DNA from: Planctomycetota bacterium
GTDB lineage: Bacteria; Planctomycetota; B15-G4
NCBI GenBank assembly: GCA_965248575.1
Contig: CBDFJQ010000002.1
Location: 768,001 to 832,000, forward strand
Length of the DNA: 64,000 nt
Reading direction: 5' to 3'
Shown: piece by piece, positions 1 through 13,710 of the stretch
Layout of the letters: each line of letters starts with the position of its first letter
Position numbering within the stretch: the first letter of the stretch is position 1
Notes under the pieces: generated by a model
Seen by the model: the letters and a program-made list of their open reading frames with translations, nothing else
Database searches by the model: none
Told to the model about the DNA's origin: nothing
Made by a program: the position numbers and the translations under genes

Positions 1-203
1 AGGCACGTGAGTTTCTGGAGCACGGAGACAAGCTCCAGGTGAACATGCTCTTCCGTGGACGCGAACACGGCTTCCGGGATCGTGGCTTGAAGGTGATGCA
101 CCAGATCAAGGACGAGCTGGCAGACCTCTCCAAGGTGGAGCGCGAGCCTCGACTTGAAGGCAACAGGCTTGTCATGATCCTCCACCCGCTCAACCAGAAG
201 TAG
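1..203 (+). CDS. infC: Translation initiation factor IF-3, C-terminal part (5' end outside window)
   Basis: Frame from nt 3 reads AREFLEHGDKLQVNMLFRGRE...KVEREPRLEGNRLVMILHP, TAG at 201-203; lies directly upstream of rpmI-rplT. Confidence 0.95.
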   Translation, partial: AREFLEHGDKLQVNMLFRGREHGFRDRGLKVMHQIKDELADLSKVEREPRLEGNRLVMILHPLNQK

Positions 204-256
204 CGGCCCCGAGCCGCTCTCTCCAACGCACCGAACGCAGAACGACTGAACGAACA

Positions 257-457
257 ATGCCCAAGCTCAAGACCAAGAAGTCCATCAGCAAGCGGATGAA
301 AATCACCAAGCTCGGCAAGGTGAAGCGCCGCAAGCCGTTCGGCCGGCACTACAAGGCTGGCAAGAATGGTGACCGTCGCCGCGCCGTCCGCGGTAGCGAG
401 TTGTGTCAGGGCAAAATCGCCAAGAACATGAAGAGGCTCATCGCGCCAGCCGGCTAA
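257..457 (+). CDS. rpmI: 50S ribosomal protein L35
   Basis: 66-aa basic protein starting [22 protein letters not shown]; infC-rpmI-rplT synteny. Confidence 0.97.
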   Translation: MPKLKTKKSISKRMKITKLGKVKRRKPFGRHYKAGKNGDRRRAVRGSELCQGKIAKNMKRLIAPAG

Positions 458-485
458 GGCTGGATCGCGAGAGGAGATAAGACAG

Positions 486-845
486 ATGGTTCGTGTGCAT
501 TCCGGTGTTGCTCGTCACAAGCGCGTCAAGCGGATCCTGAAGAAGGCCAAGGGCTACCGCGCCACCCGCAGCAAGCACCTCAAGGACGCCAAGGACACGC
601 TCAAGCGTGCCGGCGCTTTCGCCTACGCTCACCGCCGCTTGAAGCGTCGCAATCTGCGCAAGCTCTGGATTGTGCGCATCAATGGCGCGGTCCGGGCCGA
701 AGGCATGACCTACAGCACCTTCATGTGTGCGCTGAAGAAGGCCGAGATCGAGCTGGACCGCAAGGTGCTCTCCGAAATGGCAGCCCGCGAGCCCGAGGCT
801 TTCTCGGCGCTGGTGGCTACCGTCAAGGAAAAGGCAGCGGCCTGA
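486..845 (+). CDS. rplT: 50S ribosomal protein L20
   Basis: [28 protein letters not shown] and [10 protein letters not shown] motifs. Confidence 0.98.
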   Translation: MVRVHSGVARHKRVKRILKKAKGYRATRSKHLKDAKDTLKRAGAFAYAHRRLKRRNLRKLWIVRINGAVRAEGMTYSTFMCALKKAEIELDRKVLSEMAAREPEAFSALVATVKEKAAA

Positions 846-906
846 CGCAGCGTTCGTTCCCTTCGCGGGGTAGATCACCCCTTCCGCGCGGGTGCGATGC
901 AGCGAG

Positions 907-1905
907 ATGAAGGCCAGACTCGACACGCTTGTCGCAGAGGTTCTGGAGCGGATCCGCATCGCGGACTCTGCGGCAGCCCTTGAGCACATCGAGCAGACAG
1001 ACCTCGCACGCAAGGGCGAGCTGTTGGGCTTGATGCGTGGCATCAAGAACCTGCCAGCCGATGAGCGGGCTCCCTTTGGGCAGGCGGTTAATCAGGCCAA
1101 GGCGTCCCTCGAAGTCGCTGTGGGGGAGCGCAAGGCCGAGTTCGTCAGCGCCAAGGTGGAGGCCGCCACCTCGGATGAGCACTTCGACCCCACCGAGCCA
1201 GCGGGGCCGTTGCCCGGCGGCCATCTGCACCCCATCACCCAGGTGAGGCGGGAGGTGGAGTCCATCTTCACGAGCCTCGGTTTCTCGGTCGTGGACGGTC
1301 CGGAAGCAGAGACGGAAGAGTTCAACTTCGATCTGCTGAACATCCCAGCGCACCATCCCGCGCGAGATCATCAGGACACGATGTGGGTGGACACGGGCCA
1401 CGTCATGCGGACCCACACATCCCCCGTTCAACTGCGCGCCATGCGTCGGGCCGAGGGCAAGGTGCCGGTGCGGGTGATTGCACCCGGGCGCGTCTTCCGG
1501 AACGAACAGCCTGACGCCACCCACGAGCACACCTTTCATCAGGTGGAAGGCCTGATGGTGGACGAGGGCGTCTCCGTGGCGGATCTGAAGGGCATCCTGC
1601 GCCTCGTGCTTTCGCGGATCTTTGGTGGCTCGGTGGAAGTCCGGCTGCGGCCGCACTATTTCCCATTCGTCGAACCCGGCTTCGAGCTGGACATGCGCCC
1701 CGCGGGGTCTGACGGCGAATGGTTGGAGATGCTGGGCTGCGGCATGGTGCACCCCGAAGTCCTGAGGGCTGGCGGCATGGACCCCGAGCGGGTGTCTGGC
1801 TTTGCCTTTGGAATGGGCCTCGATCGCCTGGCGATGATGCGTTTCGGCATTGAAGATGTGCGTTGGATGATGAGCGGCGACCCCCGCTTCCTGCAGCAGT
1901 TCTGA
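907..1905 (+). CDS. pheS: Phenylalanine-tRNA ligase alpha subunit
   Basis: HPARDHQDT, RTHTSPVQ, FHQVEG, YFPFVEP and GFAFGMGLDR motifs; ATG at 907 chosen over GTG at 892. Confidence 0.98.
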   Translation: MKARLDTLVAEVLERIRIADSAAALEHIEQTDLARKGELLGLMRGIKNLPADERAPFGQAVNQAKASLEVAVGERKAEFVSAKVEAATSDEHFDPTEPAGPLPGGHLHPITQVRREVESIFTSLGFSVVDGPEAETEEFNFDLLNIPAHHPARDHQDTMWVDTGHVMRTHTSPVQLRAMRRAEGKVPVRVIAPGRVFRNEQPDATHEHTFHQVEGLMVDEGVSVADLKGILRLVLSRIFGGSVEVRLRPHYFPFVEPGFELDMRPAGSDGEWLEMLGCGMVHPEVLRAGGMDPERVSGFAFGMGLDRLAMMRFGIEDVRWMMSGDPRFLQQF

Positions 1906-1929
1906 TCCCCAAGCAGACTCGACCGAACC

Positions 1930-4326
1930 ATGGATCTCTCCCTGAACTGGCTGTCCGACTACGTGGACCTCTCGGGGCTCACGCCCGAGACCATTGCGCA
2001 CGAACTGACCATGAAGACCGCCTTGATCGAGGGTTTCGTGGACCATCGAGCCGCCCTGACAGGCGTGATGGTGGGCGAAGTGCTCAGCTGCGGCCCGCAC
2101 CCTGGCGCGGATCGCTTGCGCGTCTGCGAGGTGTCGGTGGGTGACGGCGCGGAGCCGGCCCACGTGGTGTGCGGCGCGCCCAATGTTGAGCCCGGCCAGA
2201 AGGTCGTCTACGCCCCGGTGGGCGTTCGTTTGCCCAACGGCGTCAAGCTGAAGAAGGCCAAGATCCGTGGCGAGCCCAGCTACGGCATGATCTGTGCCGA
2301 GGACGAGCTGGGCTTGGGGCCGGAGCACGATGGCATCCTCGTGCTGGACCAGGAGCTGGCAGCGGGTACGCCCATTGCGGACATCCCCGGCATGGCCGAT
2401 GTCGTCTTCGACATCGACAACAAGAGCGTGACCCACCGGCCGGACCTGTGGGGGCACTTCGGTTTCGCCCGTGAGCTGGCCGTGATCTTCGGGCGGGAGC
2501 TGAAGCCGCTGGCCCTACACACCGGGCTGACCGCTGGCGATGCCGGGCCGCAGATCAACCTTGATGAGGACTGTGGATGCACGCTCTATGCGGGTCTCTG
2601 CGCGGATGGCGTCAGCGCTCGCACCCCTGATTGGATGCGGTTCCGCTTGGTTGCCTGCGGCATGCGTCCGATCAACCTGGCGGTGGACCTGTCGAACTAC
2701 GTGATGCTCGAGTTGGGCCAACCCACCCATCCCTTCGATCGGGATCAGCTGGCCGGCGATTGCATCCGGGTCCGGCGCGGAGAGCCAGGCGAGTCGCTGA
2801 CGACCTTGGACGAGGTGAAGCGGGAGCTTGGTCCAGACGACACCGTCATCGCCGACGGACAACAAGGCGTGGCCATTGCCGGAATCATGGGCAGTGCAGA
2901 TGCCGAGGTGGGGGAGGGGACAAAGCGCCTCTTCCTTGAATCAGCCTCCTTCGATTCCGTGAGGGTTCGCAAAACGTCCAGCCGGCTGGGGCTGCGATCC
3001 GAAGCACTCTCCCGTTTCGAGAAGGTGCTCGACCCGGGGTTGGTTGAGTGCGCCGTGGCCCGCTATGCCGAACTGCTGCGTCAGCTGGACCCGGACGCGG
3101 TCCTCTCGACGACCTACCGGGTGGCTGGAGAGGCTGTCGCGCCGGAAATCGAGATCGAGCTCGATCCGGGCATGGTGCAGCGCACCTTGGGCACCGACGT
3201 TGAGCTGGACACCATGCGCGGCGCTCTCGAGGGGCTCGGTTTCGAATGGCGCGAAGGGGACGGGCAGCGGCTGGCGGTGAAGGTTCCGCCCTGGCGTGCC
3301 ACGCGCGATGTGACCAGCGCCGAAGACCTGGTGGAAGAGGTGGGTCGCGTCGTGGGTTACGACTCGATCCCCATTCGGCATCCCATCGGCCCGCTTCTGA
3401 TCGGCGACCGGGATCCCGTGGTCAAGGTCGAGGAGGCTTTGCGGGATGTACTCGCGCAGCGGGCTTCCTGCACTGAGGTCTTCAGCTATTCGACTCTTCG
3501 CGACCGCACCGTCGAGATCTTGGCCTTGGAGCTCCCCGAGGGGCAGCCGCGGCTCACGAACGCACTCCAGCAGGATGCCTCTCGGCTCCGCCCTTCCGTC
3601 ATGCCCGAGCTGCTGATGCAGATGGAGTCTTGGTTGCGCTCGGCGCCCGAAGCGCGCTTGTTCGAGGTGGGGCGTGGGTACTCCCCAGATGCAGAGACCG
3701 GTCTCCGGGAGCATCGTGAGGTGGCCGTGCTCTTGGTGAAGCGCGGTTCAACGGATGACCGGGAAATGGTGCGCGACGTCCGAGGTATCGTGGACGCGGC
3801 GGTGCGTGGCGCGGGCCGTGATGAAGCCACCTTGAGCGCGTCCAAGCCTGACGCCAACGAACCCTGGTGGCACCCGCACCGCCACGCCCAGGCGGAGCTG
3901 GACGGCCGTATCGTGGCACGATTCGGAGCACTCAATCCGGCCACACTCGCGCGGATCGGGCTGGACGTCACAGCCGCCGGAGTCCTGCTCGATCCCGCCG
4001 CATTGGCCGGTTGTCCGCGTGCGGCGAGTCACTATCAAGCTCCTTCGCGATTGCCGCCTGCACTGTGTGACCTGGCTTTCGTAGCGAAGTACGAACTGTC
4101 GACGGATGTGCTGCTCGAGGCCATCCGCAAGAGCGGCCCCAAGACACTTGCGAGTGTGGAGCCTTTCGACGTCTTCCGGGGTGGCGCCCTGGGCAAGGAT
4201 GAGCGATCGGTTGCCTTCCACCTCACCTTCCGGGCGAAGGATCGGACACTGTCAGAGGATGATCTGAGTCGTGCCCGGGAGCGGATCGTCAAGGGGGTGG
4301 AGCAACTCGGGGCGCGGCTGCGCTGA
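1930..4326 (+). CDS. pheT: Phenylalanine-tRNA ligase beta subunit
   Basis: OB-fold (VVCGAPN, SYGMICA), B3/4, B5 (DLVEEVGRVVGYD) and C-terminal anticodon-binding domain; follows pheS. Confidence 0.98.
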   Translation: MDLSLNWLSDYVDLSGLTPETIAHELTMKTALIEGFVDHRAALTGVMVGEVLSCGPHPGADRLRVCEVSVGDGAEPAHVVCGAPNVEPGQKVVYAPVGVRLPNGVKLKKAKIRGEPSYGMICAEDELGLGPEHDGILVLDQELAAGTPIADIPGMADVVFDIDNKSVTHRPDLWGHFGFARELAVIFGRELKPLALHTGLTAGDAGPQINLDEDCGCTLYAGLCADGVSARTPDWMRFRLVACGMRPINLAVDLSNYVMLELGQPTHPFDRDQLAGDCIRVRRGEPGESLTTLDEVKRELGPDDTVIADGQQGVAIAGIMGSADAEVGEGTKRLFLESASFDSVRVRKTSSRLGLRSEALSRFEKVLDPGLVECAVARYAELLRQLDPDAVLSTTYRVAGEAVAPEIEIELDPGMVQRTLGTDVELDTMRGALEGLGFEWREGDGQRLAVKVPPWRATRDVTSAEDLVEEVGRVVGYDSIPIRHPIGPLLIGDRDPVVKVEEALRDVLAQRASCTEVFSYSTLRDRTVEILALELPEGQPRLTNALQQDASRLRPSVMPELLMQMESWLRSAPEARLFEVGRGYSPDAETGLREHREVAVLLVKRGSTDDREMVRDVRGIVDAAVRGAGRDEATLSASKPDANEPWWHPHRHAQAELDGRIVARFGALNPATLARIGLDVTAAGVLLDPAALAGCPRAASHYQAPSRLPPALCDLAFVAKYELSTDVLLEAIRKSGPKTLASVEPFDVFRGGALGKDERSVAFHLTFRAKDRTLSEDDLSRARERIVKGVEQLGARLR

Positions 4327-4332
4327 GCGCGC

Positions 4333-4360
4333 TTGACCGCCCGTTTGGGCGGGGTATGGT
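4333..4360 (+). promoter_or_regulatory. Sigma70-like promoter upstream of the predicted 6S RNA
   Basis: TTGACC (4333-4338), 16 nt, TATGGT (4355-4360); ends 8 nt before the long RNA stem begins. Confidence 0.6.
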
Positions 4361-4368
4361 CCAGCGCA

Positions 4369-4550
4369 GCCGTGTCGGTTCCAGCGCATCCATTTTGCGC
4401 TCCCGAGCCTTTACGTCCGAAGCGGGAACTGCCGTGTGAACGCTTTCGTCATGCCTGCCCTGTGCAGGACTTCTCGAGTGGTCACTGTGTTCCCACCTGG
4501 TTTCAGTACCAGGCTTCGGGAGTGCTCCTCGTCGTTGGAACCGGCTCGGC
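4369..4550 (+). ncRNA. ssrS: 6S RNA (SsrS)
   Basis: ~182-nt rod. GCCGTGTCGGTTCCAGCG pairs with CGTTGGAACCGGCTCGGC; GCGCTCCCGAGCCT pairs with AGGCTTCGGGAGTGC; a central bubble is followed by GGGAAC/GTTCCC. It has its own promoter, and downstream of pheT is a common ssrS context. Confidence 0.8.
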
Positions 4551-4651
4551 GTTCACGGGTTGTGACATCTTGCGTCTGCCACAGAGCGCTGCTGGAACAC
4601 CCGCCGTCACGCCCGTAGGATCGCTCCACGCGGCAACTTGGGAGTGGTCTG

Positions 4652-5911
4652 ATGGCGAAAGTCTTGCTTGTAGTGGTCTTGCTGGCCGGTGGTTCCTACT
4701 GGTTGTGGGGGGGGCAAGACGCCGTACCCGCCCAGGCAGGCGGCAAGGCCGTGGTCTTGGATCCTGCCCAGGTGCAGGGACAAGTGCATGGACAGGTGCA
4801 GGGAGCTGATCTGAGGGCGACAGCCGAGAATCTTGGTGTCGACCAGGGCGGCGCGCCAGCAGGCCGGAAAGCCAGCCCGTCACAGCGGCCTGGTCCCCCA
4901 GATGGGAGTGTCCGGCGTGGAAGCAAGGCGGGTGCGAAGCTCGACGGAGCCCAGGGGCAGCGCCGAGGCAGCCCCGCTGACCCGATCGACACGTACGGGA
5001 ACAGCGACGGCGGGCCAAGCTCGGCACGGCTCATGAAGACGGACGATCGCTCGGCTCGGGCTGCCAAGCCCTCTGAACAGACGGACGCTCTCCTGCTCCG
5101 GGCGATGGAACTGGGGTCCCAGGGCGATGCCCAAGGGGCCGCCTCCCTGCTGCGCGATGGCATGTCGAGGAGCAAGCGGCCCCAGGACGTGGCTCGTATG
5201 GGCCTCTTTCTCGCCAAGCAAGCCGTCAACCCGGCGGAAGCACGACGCTTGCTGACAAATGCACTCCAGAACGGCGTTGTGTTCGACGCCGAGTACGAGG
5301 TCGTCAGTGACCAGCTGCAAGAACTCAACCGGAGCACAGGCGGGTCCCTGCTACCGCTCCTTCAGGTGCAGGAGTACGTGGTTGAAGCCAACGACAACCT
5401 CTGGACCCTGTGCAACAAGGTGTTTCCGAAGGAATACTCGGCCTCGCCTGAGGTGGGCCTGATTCAGCTGCTCAATGGGATGGCGGGCACCAACCTGAGG
5501 GTCGGCGAGACCCTGGCGATTCCTCTGGAGGATGTCAGGGTCGAGGTGGACCGTGGGAACCATGGACTCGTGGTCTATCTGGGCAATGTGGCGCTGGCGG
5601 CCTACCGCGTGGGGCTCGGTAAGGAGAATCGAACCCCAAGTGGGGAGTTTCAGATCGAGGTGAAGCTCGAGGAACCCACCTGGCACCACGACGGGCGCGT
5701 CATCCCTTTCGGCGACCCCGCGAATATTCTCGGCACTCGCTGGCTCGGCTTTGAGAACAAGCCCGGGGTCATGGGGTACGGCATTCACGGCACAGCTCAC
5801 CCTGAGAGCGTCGGGAGCGACGAATCCATGGGATGCGTGCGGATGAGGAATGAGGAGGTCGAAGAGCTCTTTGGCCTCGTGCCACGTGGGACGAAGGTCA
5901 GCATCCCCTAG
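4652..5911 (+). CDS. L,D-transpeptidase (YkuD family) with N-terminal membrane anchor and LysM-like domain
   Basis: YGIHGT...SVGSDESMGCVRM catalytic motif; YVVEANDNLWTL...NLRVGETLAIP LysM-like segment; hydrophobic N-terminus; GGAG RBS. Confidence 0.9.
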   Translation: MAKVLLVVVLLAGGSYWLWGGQDAVPAQAGGKAVVLDPAQVQGQVHGQVQGADLRATAENLGVDQGGAPAGRKASPSQRPGPPDGSVRRGSKAGAKLDGAQGQRRGSPADPIDTYGNSDGGPSSARLMKTDDRSARAAKPSEQTDALLLRAMELGSQGDAQGAASLLRDGMSRSKRPQDVARMGLFLAKQAVNPAEARRLLTNALQNGVVFDAEYEVVSDQLQELNRSTGGSLLPLLQVQEYVVEANDNLWTLCNKVFPKEYSASPEVGLIQLLNGMAGTNLRVGETLAIPLEDVRVEVDRGNHGLVVYLGNVALAAYRVGLGKENRTPSGEFQIEVKLEEPTWHHDGRVIPFGDPANILGTRWLGFENKPGVMGYGIHGTAHPESVGSDESMGCVRMRNEEVEELFGLVPRGTKVSIP

Positions 5912-6343
5912 GGGGCGATCGATCGATCCAGGGCTCTGGCTCTGGAGACGGGGCACACGGCTTTGTGGGGCTGGCATGCCTTCGGGTGCTGGCAGGCCCA
6001 TGGGAGCCGGCAGGCCCATGGGGGCTGGGGCAGGCTTGCGGGAGCTCGCAGGGCGGACCGGAAACAGCCATGAGGAGTTGGCCGTGGGCGCCGTGCCCAC
6101 CCCGCCCAATGGCGGGTGATGGGGCGGTCGACTGGAGGCGATTCCGAACGATGATCTCGTCCCCAAAAAAGGGACGTCTCGGGTCAACCCGCCGCCTCCG
6201 ATGCCGGCAACCGCGAAAATCAGGAAGTGCCCGTCCTGGGCTCAAAACCCTAGTTTTGTAGACTTCTCGATGTCCAGTTCGCTGGGCGAGATGCACCCGG
6301 CAGAGCCTTCCCAAAGACTTTCGAAAAAAGGGAGATACGGCTC

Positions 6344-6371
6344 TTGCCCGGGGTTGGCGAATCGGTACCAT
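6344..6371 (+). promoter_or_regulatory. rRNA operon promoter
   Basis: TTGCCC, 16 nt, TACCAT, then a GC-rich discriminator (TCGCGGC); A-tracts upstream; boxA-like GGTCTTTGAAA near 6506. Confidence 0.6.
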
Positions 6372-6654
6372 TCGCGGCTCACCTACGGGTGAGAAAAAGC
6401 CAGTCCAGCACACCAAGGACGCCGTCAGGCACCGGAAGTGGGTTGGAGAATGGAGGCCCTCGACACCTCGTGTCGGGCGTCTCGTAGGCCTTGGCTGGGC
6501 CATGCGGTCTTTGAAATATCGGTAGCAAGCTTGCTTGAGTGTGTGTGAGCAACGCACGTGCGATGGGCGTTTACGTCCGCGCAGGTGACGTTGTCGATTC
6601 CATGCATCCTCGCGACCTTCCCGGTTGCGATGGGTGCTTCAGGTCAAATCAATC

Positions 6655-8199
<1,545 letters not shown>

Positions 8200-8317
8200 G
8201 GGATAACTAGACGTGTCATCGCCAGTGATGGAGATGGCATGAAGAATCATCGGCACACGTCTCGAGCAAGCTTGCTGCCTTTTTTCCTCTCGGCCGATCC
8301 CTGTGCCGACTTACCAC

Positions 8318-8394
8318 GGGCCTATAGCTCAGTTGGTTAGAGCGTACGCCTGATAAGCGTAAGGTCTGTGGTTCGAATCCACATAGGCCCACCA
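8318..8394 (+). tRNA. tRNA-Ile (GAT)
   Basis: GGGCCTA acceptor stem, CTGATAA anticodon loop, GGTTCGAATCC T-arm, encoded CCA. Confidence 0.98.
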
Positions 8395-8402
8395 CTTTGT
8401 GC

Positions 8403-8478
8403 GGGGGCGTAGCTCAGTTGGTAGAGCTCCTGCTTTGCAAGCAGGTGGTCGCAGGTTCGAAACCTGTCGCCTCCACCA
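8403..8478 (+). tRNA. tRNA-Ala (TGC)
   Basis: GGGGGCG/CGCCTCC acceptor stem with G3:U70, TTTGCAA anticodon loop, encoded CCA. Confidence 0.98.
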
Positions 8479-8776
8479 TGTGGTGATTAGATCGAACGAG
8501 CACGAAGCACTGTGCTCCGTAGCATGCTACCGACGAGGAAAACGGGTGGTTCACGGTTCGCGACCACGACACCAGGTCTCTCTTTGAGATTCGACGTGTT
8601 GTGTTCACGCGCCGGGCAGCCCGGCAGCCGGCATCCGAGTCATGATGGGTTTCCCATGTGGCACCGCGGAGCTGGCGCAGACGTTCTTTGACAAATCTGG
8701 ATGTGGTATCACGTCACGAAGACGATATATCTATCCGAATACAATCTCGAGCAGGATCCTGATTCTTAAGAAATGT

Positions 8777-11772
<2,996 letters not shown>

Positions 11773-11912
11773 CATTTCTTCGCTGCCTCTTGTCTTCTTT
11801 GGAAGACCGGAGAGGTAGCGGAGGATGGAGCTGCTGGGATTGTAGGCACGGCAGGAATGCCTGTGCCACGGACCATCGCTCGAGGCGTGTACCACATCCA
11901 GATATCGTATCT

Positions 11913-12023
11913 TCCCGGTGCTCATGCCGGTCTGGCCACACCTGTTCCCATTCCGAACACAGTCGTTAAGCAGATCGGGCCGATGGTATTGGCTAACGTT
12001 GAGAGAGTAGGTTGGCGCCGGGG
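11913..12023 (+). rRNA. rrf: 5S rRNA (short type, ~111 nt)
   Basis: CCCGG/CCGGG terminal helix, CCATTCCGAAC, CCGATGGTA, GAGAGTAGG. Confidence 0.95.
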
Positions 12024-12032
12024 CTTAACTGC

Positions 12033-12080
12033 AAAGAGCCCGTTGCTCCGCGAAAGCGTGAGCGGCGGGCTCTTTTTTTT
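12033..12080 (+). terminator. Intrinsic terminator of the rrn operon
   Basis: AAAGAGCCCGTTGCTC...GAGCGGCGGGCTCTTT stem followed by a T run. Confidence 0.9.
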
Positions 12081-12384
12081 GTGATGGCGGGTGGGGCGTA
12101 TTGATCTCGTTCTAGAACCCCGAATGTCTGGACTCCGGAGGGACCACGGGGCTCCACGGTCAGTTGCTGGTTGTAGGGCAGGCGGGGCCTGCCTTCCTTT
12201 GTAGCAACGGGCTCTGTTGGGTCCTTCTCGGCTGCCCTCGTTTGCAGAGTTTGCCTTCTAAACAGGTATTTGGCGCCGGTTTGGAAGCTTTGCCCTGGAT
12301 TTTGGATTTGGCTCTGCGGGCGGTCAAGTTGCCCCAGAAGGGGGACGATATCGGTGGTCCACTGAGTGTTTCGACCGGTCACGG

Positions 12385-13518
12385 TTGCGCTCGGCTGACC
12401 CTGAGGTGGCCCGCTTGAAGCCCGCAGTCCCATTCGATGAGCAGACCGTGGGCGGGAACGACTCCCGGTGGTCGCTCGGTGTGCTGCTTGGGTTATCGCT
12501 TGTCTTCCTGCTCGGGGTTTCGCCCCTTGCGCCAGTCTGGGCACGACGTGCCGCGAGTCCCGTTGCGGTCAAAAGCCCGTCGCCAGCGGCGAAGCTGAAG
12601 ATCCGACTCGGGATGCCCTTGGTCTTCAGGCCCATTGCGCTTTCTTTGGTTGAGCCGACGACGCGGCGTGCCGCGCTGCCTGCTTTGCGGAGTTCCCGCT
12701 CCTCGTCGTGGTTGGTTGACCAGCCGGAGCCACGAGTGGCTCGGCCCCTCCAACTGGACGCGCGGATTCATTCATCTGCTTCTTGGGTTGGGGCTCCGGC
12801 CAAGGCCTTGCAGGGCAGGTCGTTGGATCCTGGGCACCGGGTGCCTGACGGCAGCTCCTCCGTGCTTTCGAGCCTGGGGCGAGTTGTTGAGCCTGAAGCC
12901 TCGTTCATGCTGGGCGGGGTAGAGCCCCGCATGAGGGTTCGGTCATCGCCCGGCGGCATGATTAGGTTGTCCTTCGGAGCCCCTGTGGTTGTGCCTGTCG
13001 CCGGGCGTGCCTTCGGTATTGGTTTGGCGGCGCCGCTGGTCGAGCGTATTCCTGGGCCGCGTGTGGATCGTCTGGTTCGCGCGCTGGGCGAGTCGGTCGG
13101 TACGCCGTCGGGCTCACGGTTCGGGAGAACACGGCGGGCAATCGGCGACGCGACAGAGTCTTCTGGATCCGAGTCGGATGGTGGCAGCGCCCTTGCGCTG
13201 GGTGCACAGGGATTGGGATCTGCTCCCGAACCAGCAATAGCGCCCGGATCCGGACCTGATTTGTCGGGTGCCGGCAGCATGGAGGTCCATTGGGCCTCCG
13301 AGTCAGCGGGCCTGAGCACCTTCGTCGGTGGGCGGCAAGGCGCTGTCGATGGTCATGCATCGGCCTTCGGTCGGGAGATCGGGGCCGCGGCAGGCTTTCA
13401 GTTTCAGGGCAGCGACTCGCGGGCCTATCGGATTCTGGTTGCTCAGAAGTTCCAGAACGATCTCGACGCGCCGGTTCAACAACCGAAGATCCAGTTCGAG
13501 CTCAATGTCCGGTTCTAG
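12385..13518 (+). CDS. Hypothetical exported protein, possibly outer-membrane; start uncertain
   Basis: Hydrophobic N-terminal segment; C-terminal alternating strands ending KIQFELNVRF; no recognisable family. Confidence 0.4.
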   Translation: MRSADPEVARLKPAVPFDEQTVGGNDSRWSLGVLLGLSLVFLLGVSPLAPVWARRAASPVAVKSPSPAAKLKIRLGMPLVFRPIALSLVEPTTRRAALPALRSSRSSSWLVDQPEPRVARPLQLDARIHSSASWVGAPAKALQGRSLDPGHRVPDGSSSVLSSLGRVVEPEASFMLGGVEPRMRVRSSPGGMIRLSFGAPVVVPVAGRAFGIGLAAPLVERIPGPRVDRLVRALGESVGTPSGSRFGRTRRAIGDATESSGSESDGGSALALGAQGLGSAPEPAIAPGSGPDLSGAGSMEVHWASESAGLSTFVGGRQGAVDGHASAFGREIGAAAGFQFQGSDSRAYRILVAQKFQNDLDAPVQQPKIQFELNVRF

Positions 13519-13710
13519 AAGCGCTGCCTGAGTTCAGGGCGCCGGTGGCTTGGCGACTTGGTGGTGCGTACGAGGCTTCTCCGTCCTCCGGCTGTCGAGT
13601 CGTAGCTGTGACGGCACGGTGTGCTCACAGCTGCGTGCCGCGTTCGCTTTGGGCATCCAGTATCGTAGGCCAGTGTTGACTTGAATCCTGGTCGAGGCGA
13701 GAGCTCGAGG

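Noticed and set aside
4333..4809. 158-aa ORF downstream of pheT
   Set aside because: Its TTG start is the -35 box; the region is better explained by the 6S RNA and it overlaps the transpeptidase out of frame.
5965..6045. Imperfect 18-bp repeats (GGCAGGCCCATGGG) upstream of the rrn promoter
   Set aside because: Only two good copies plus degenerate ones; no evidence of function.
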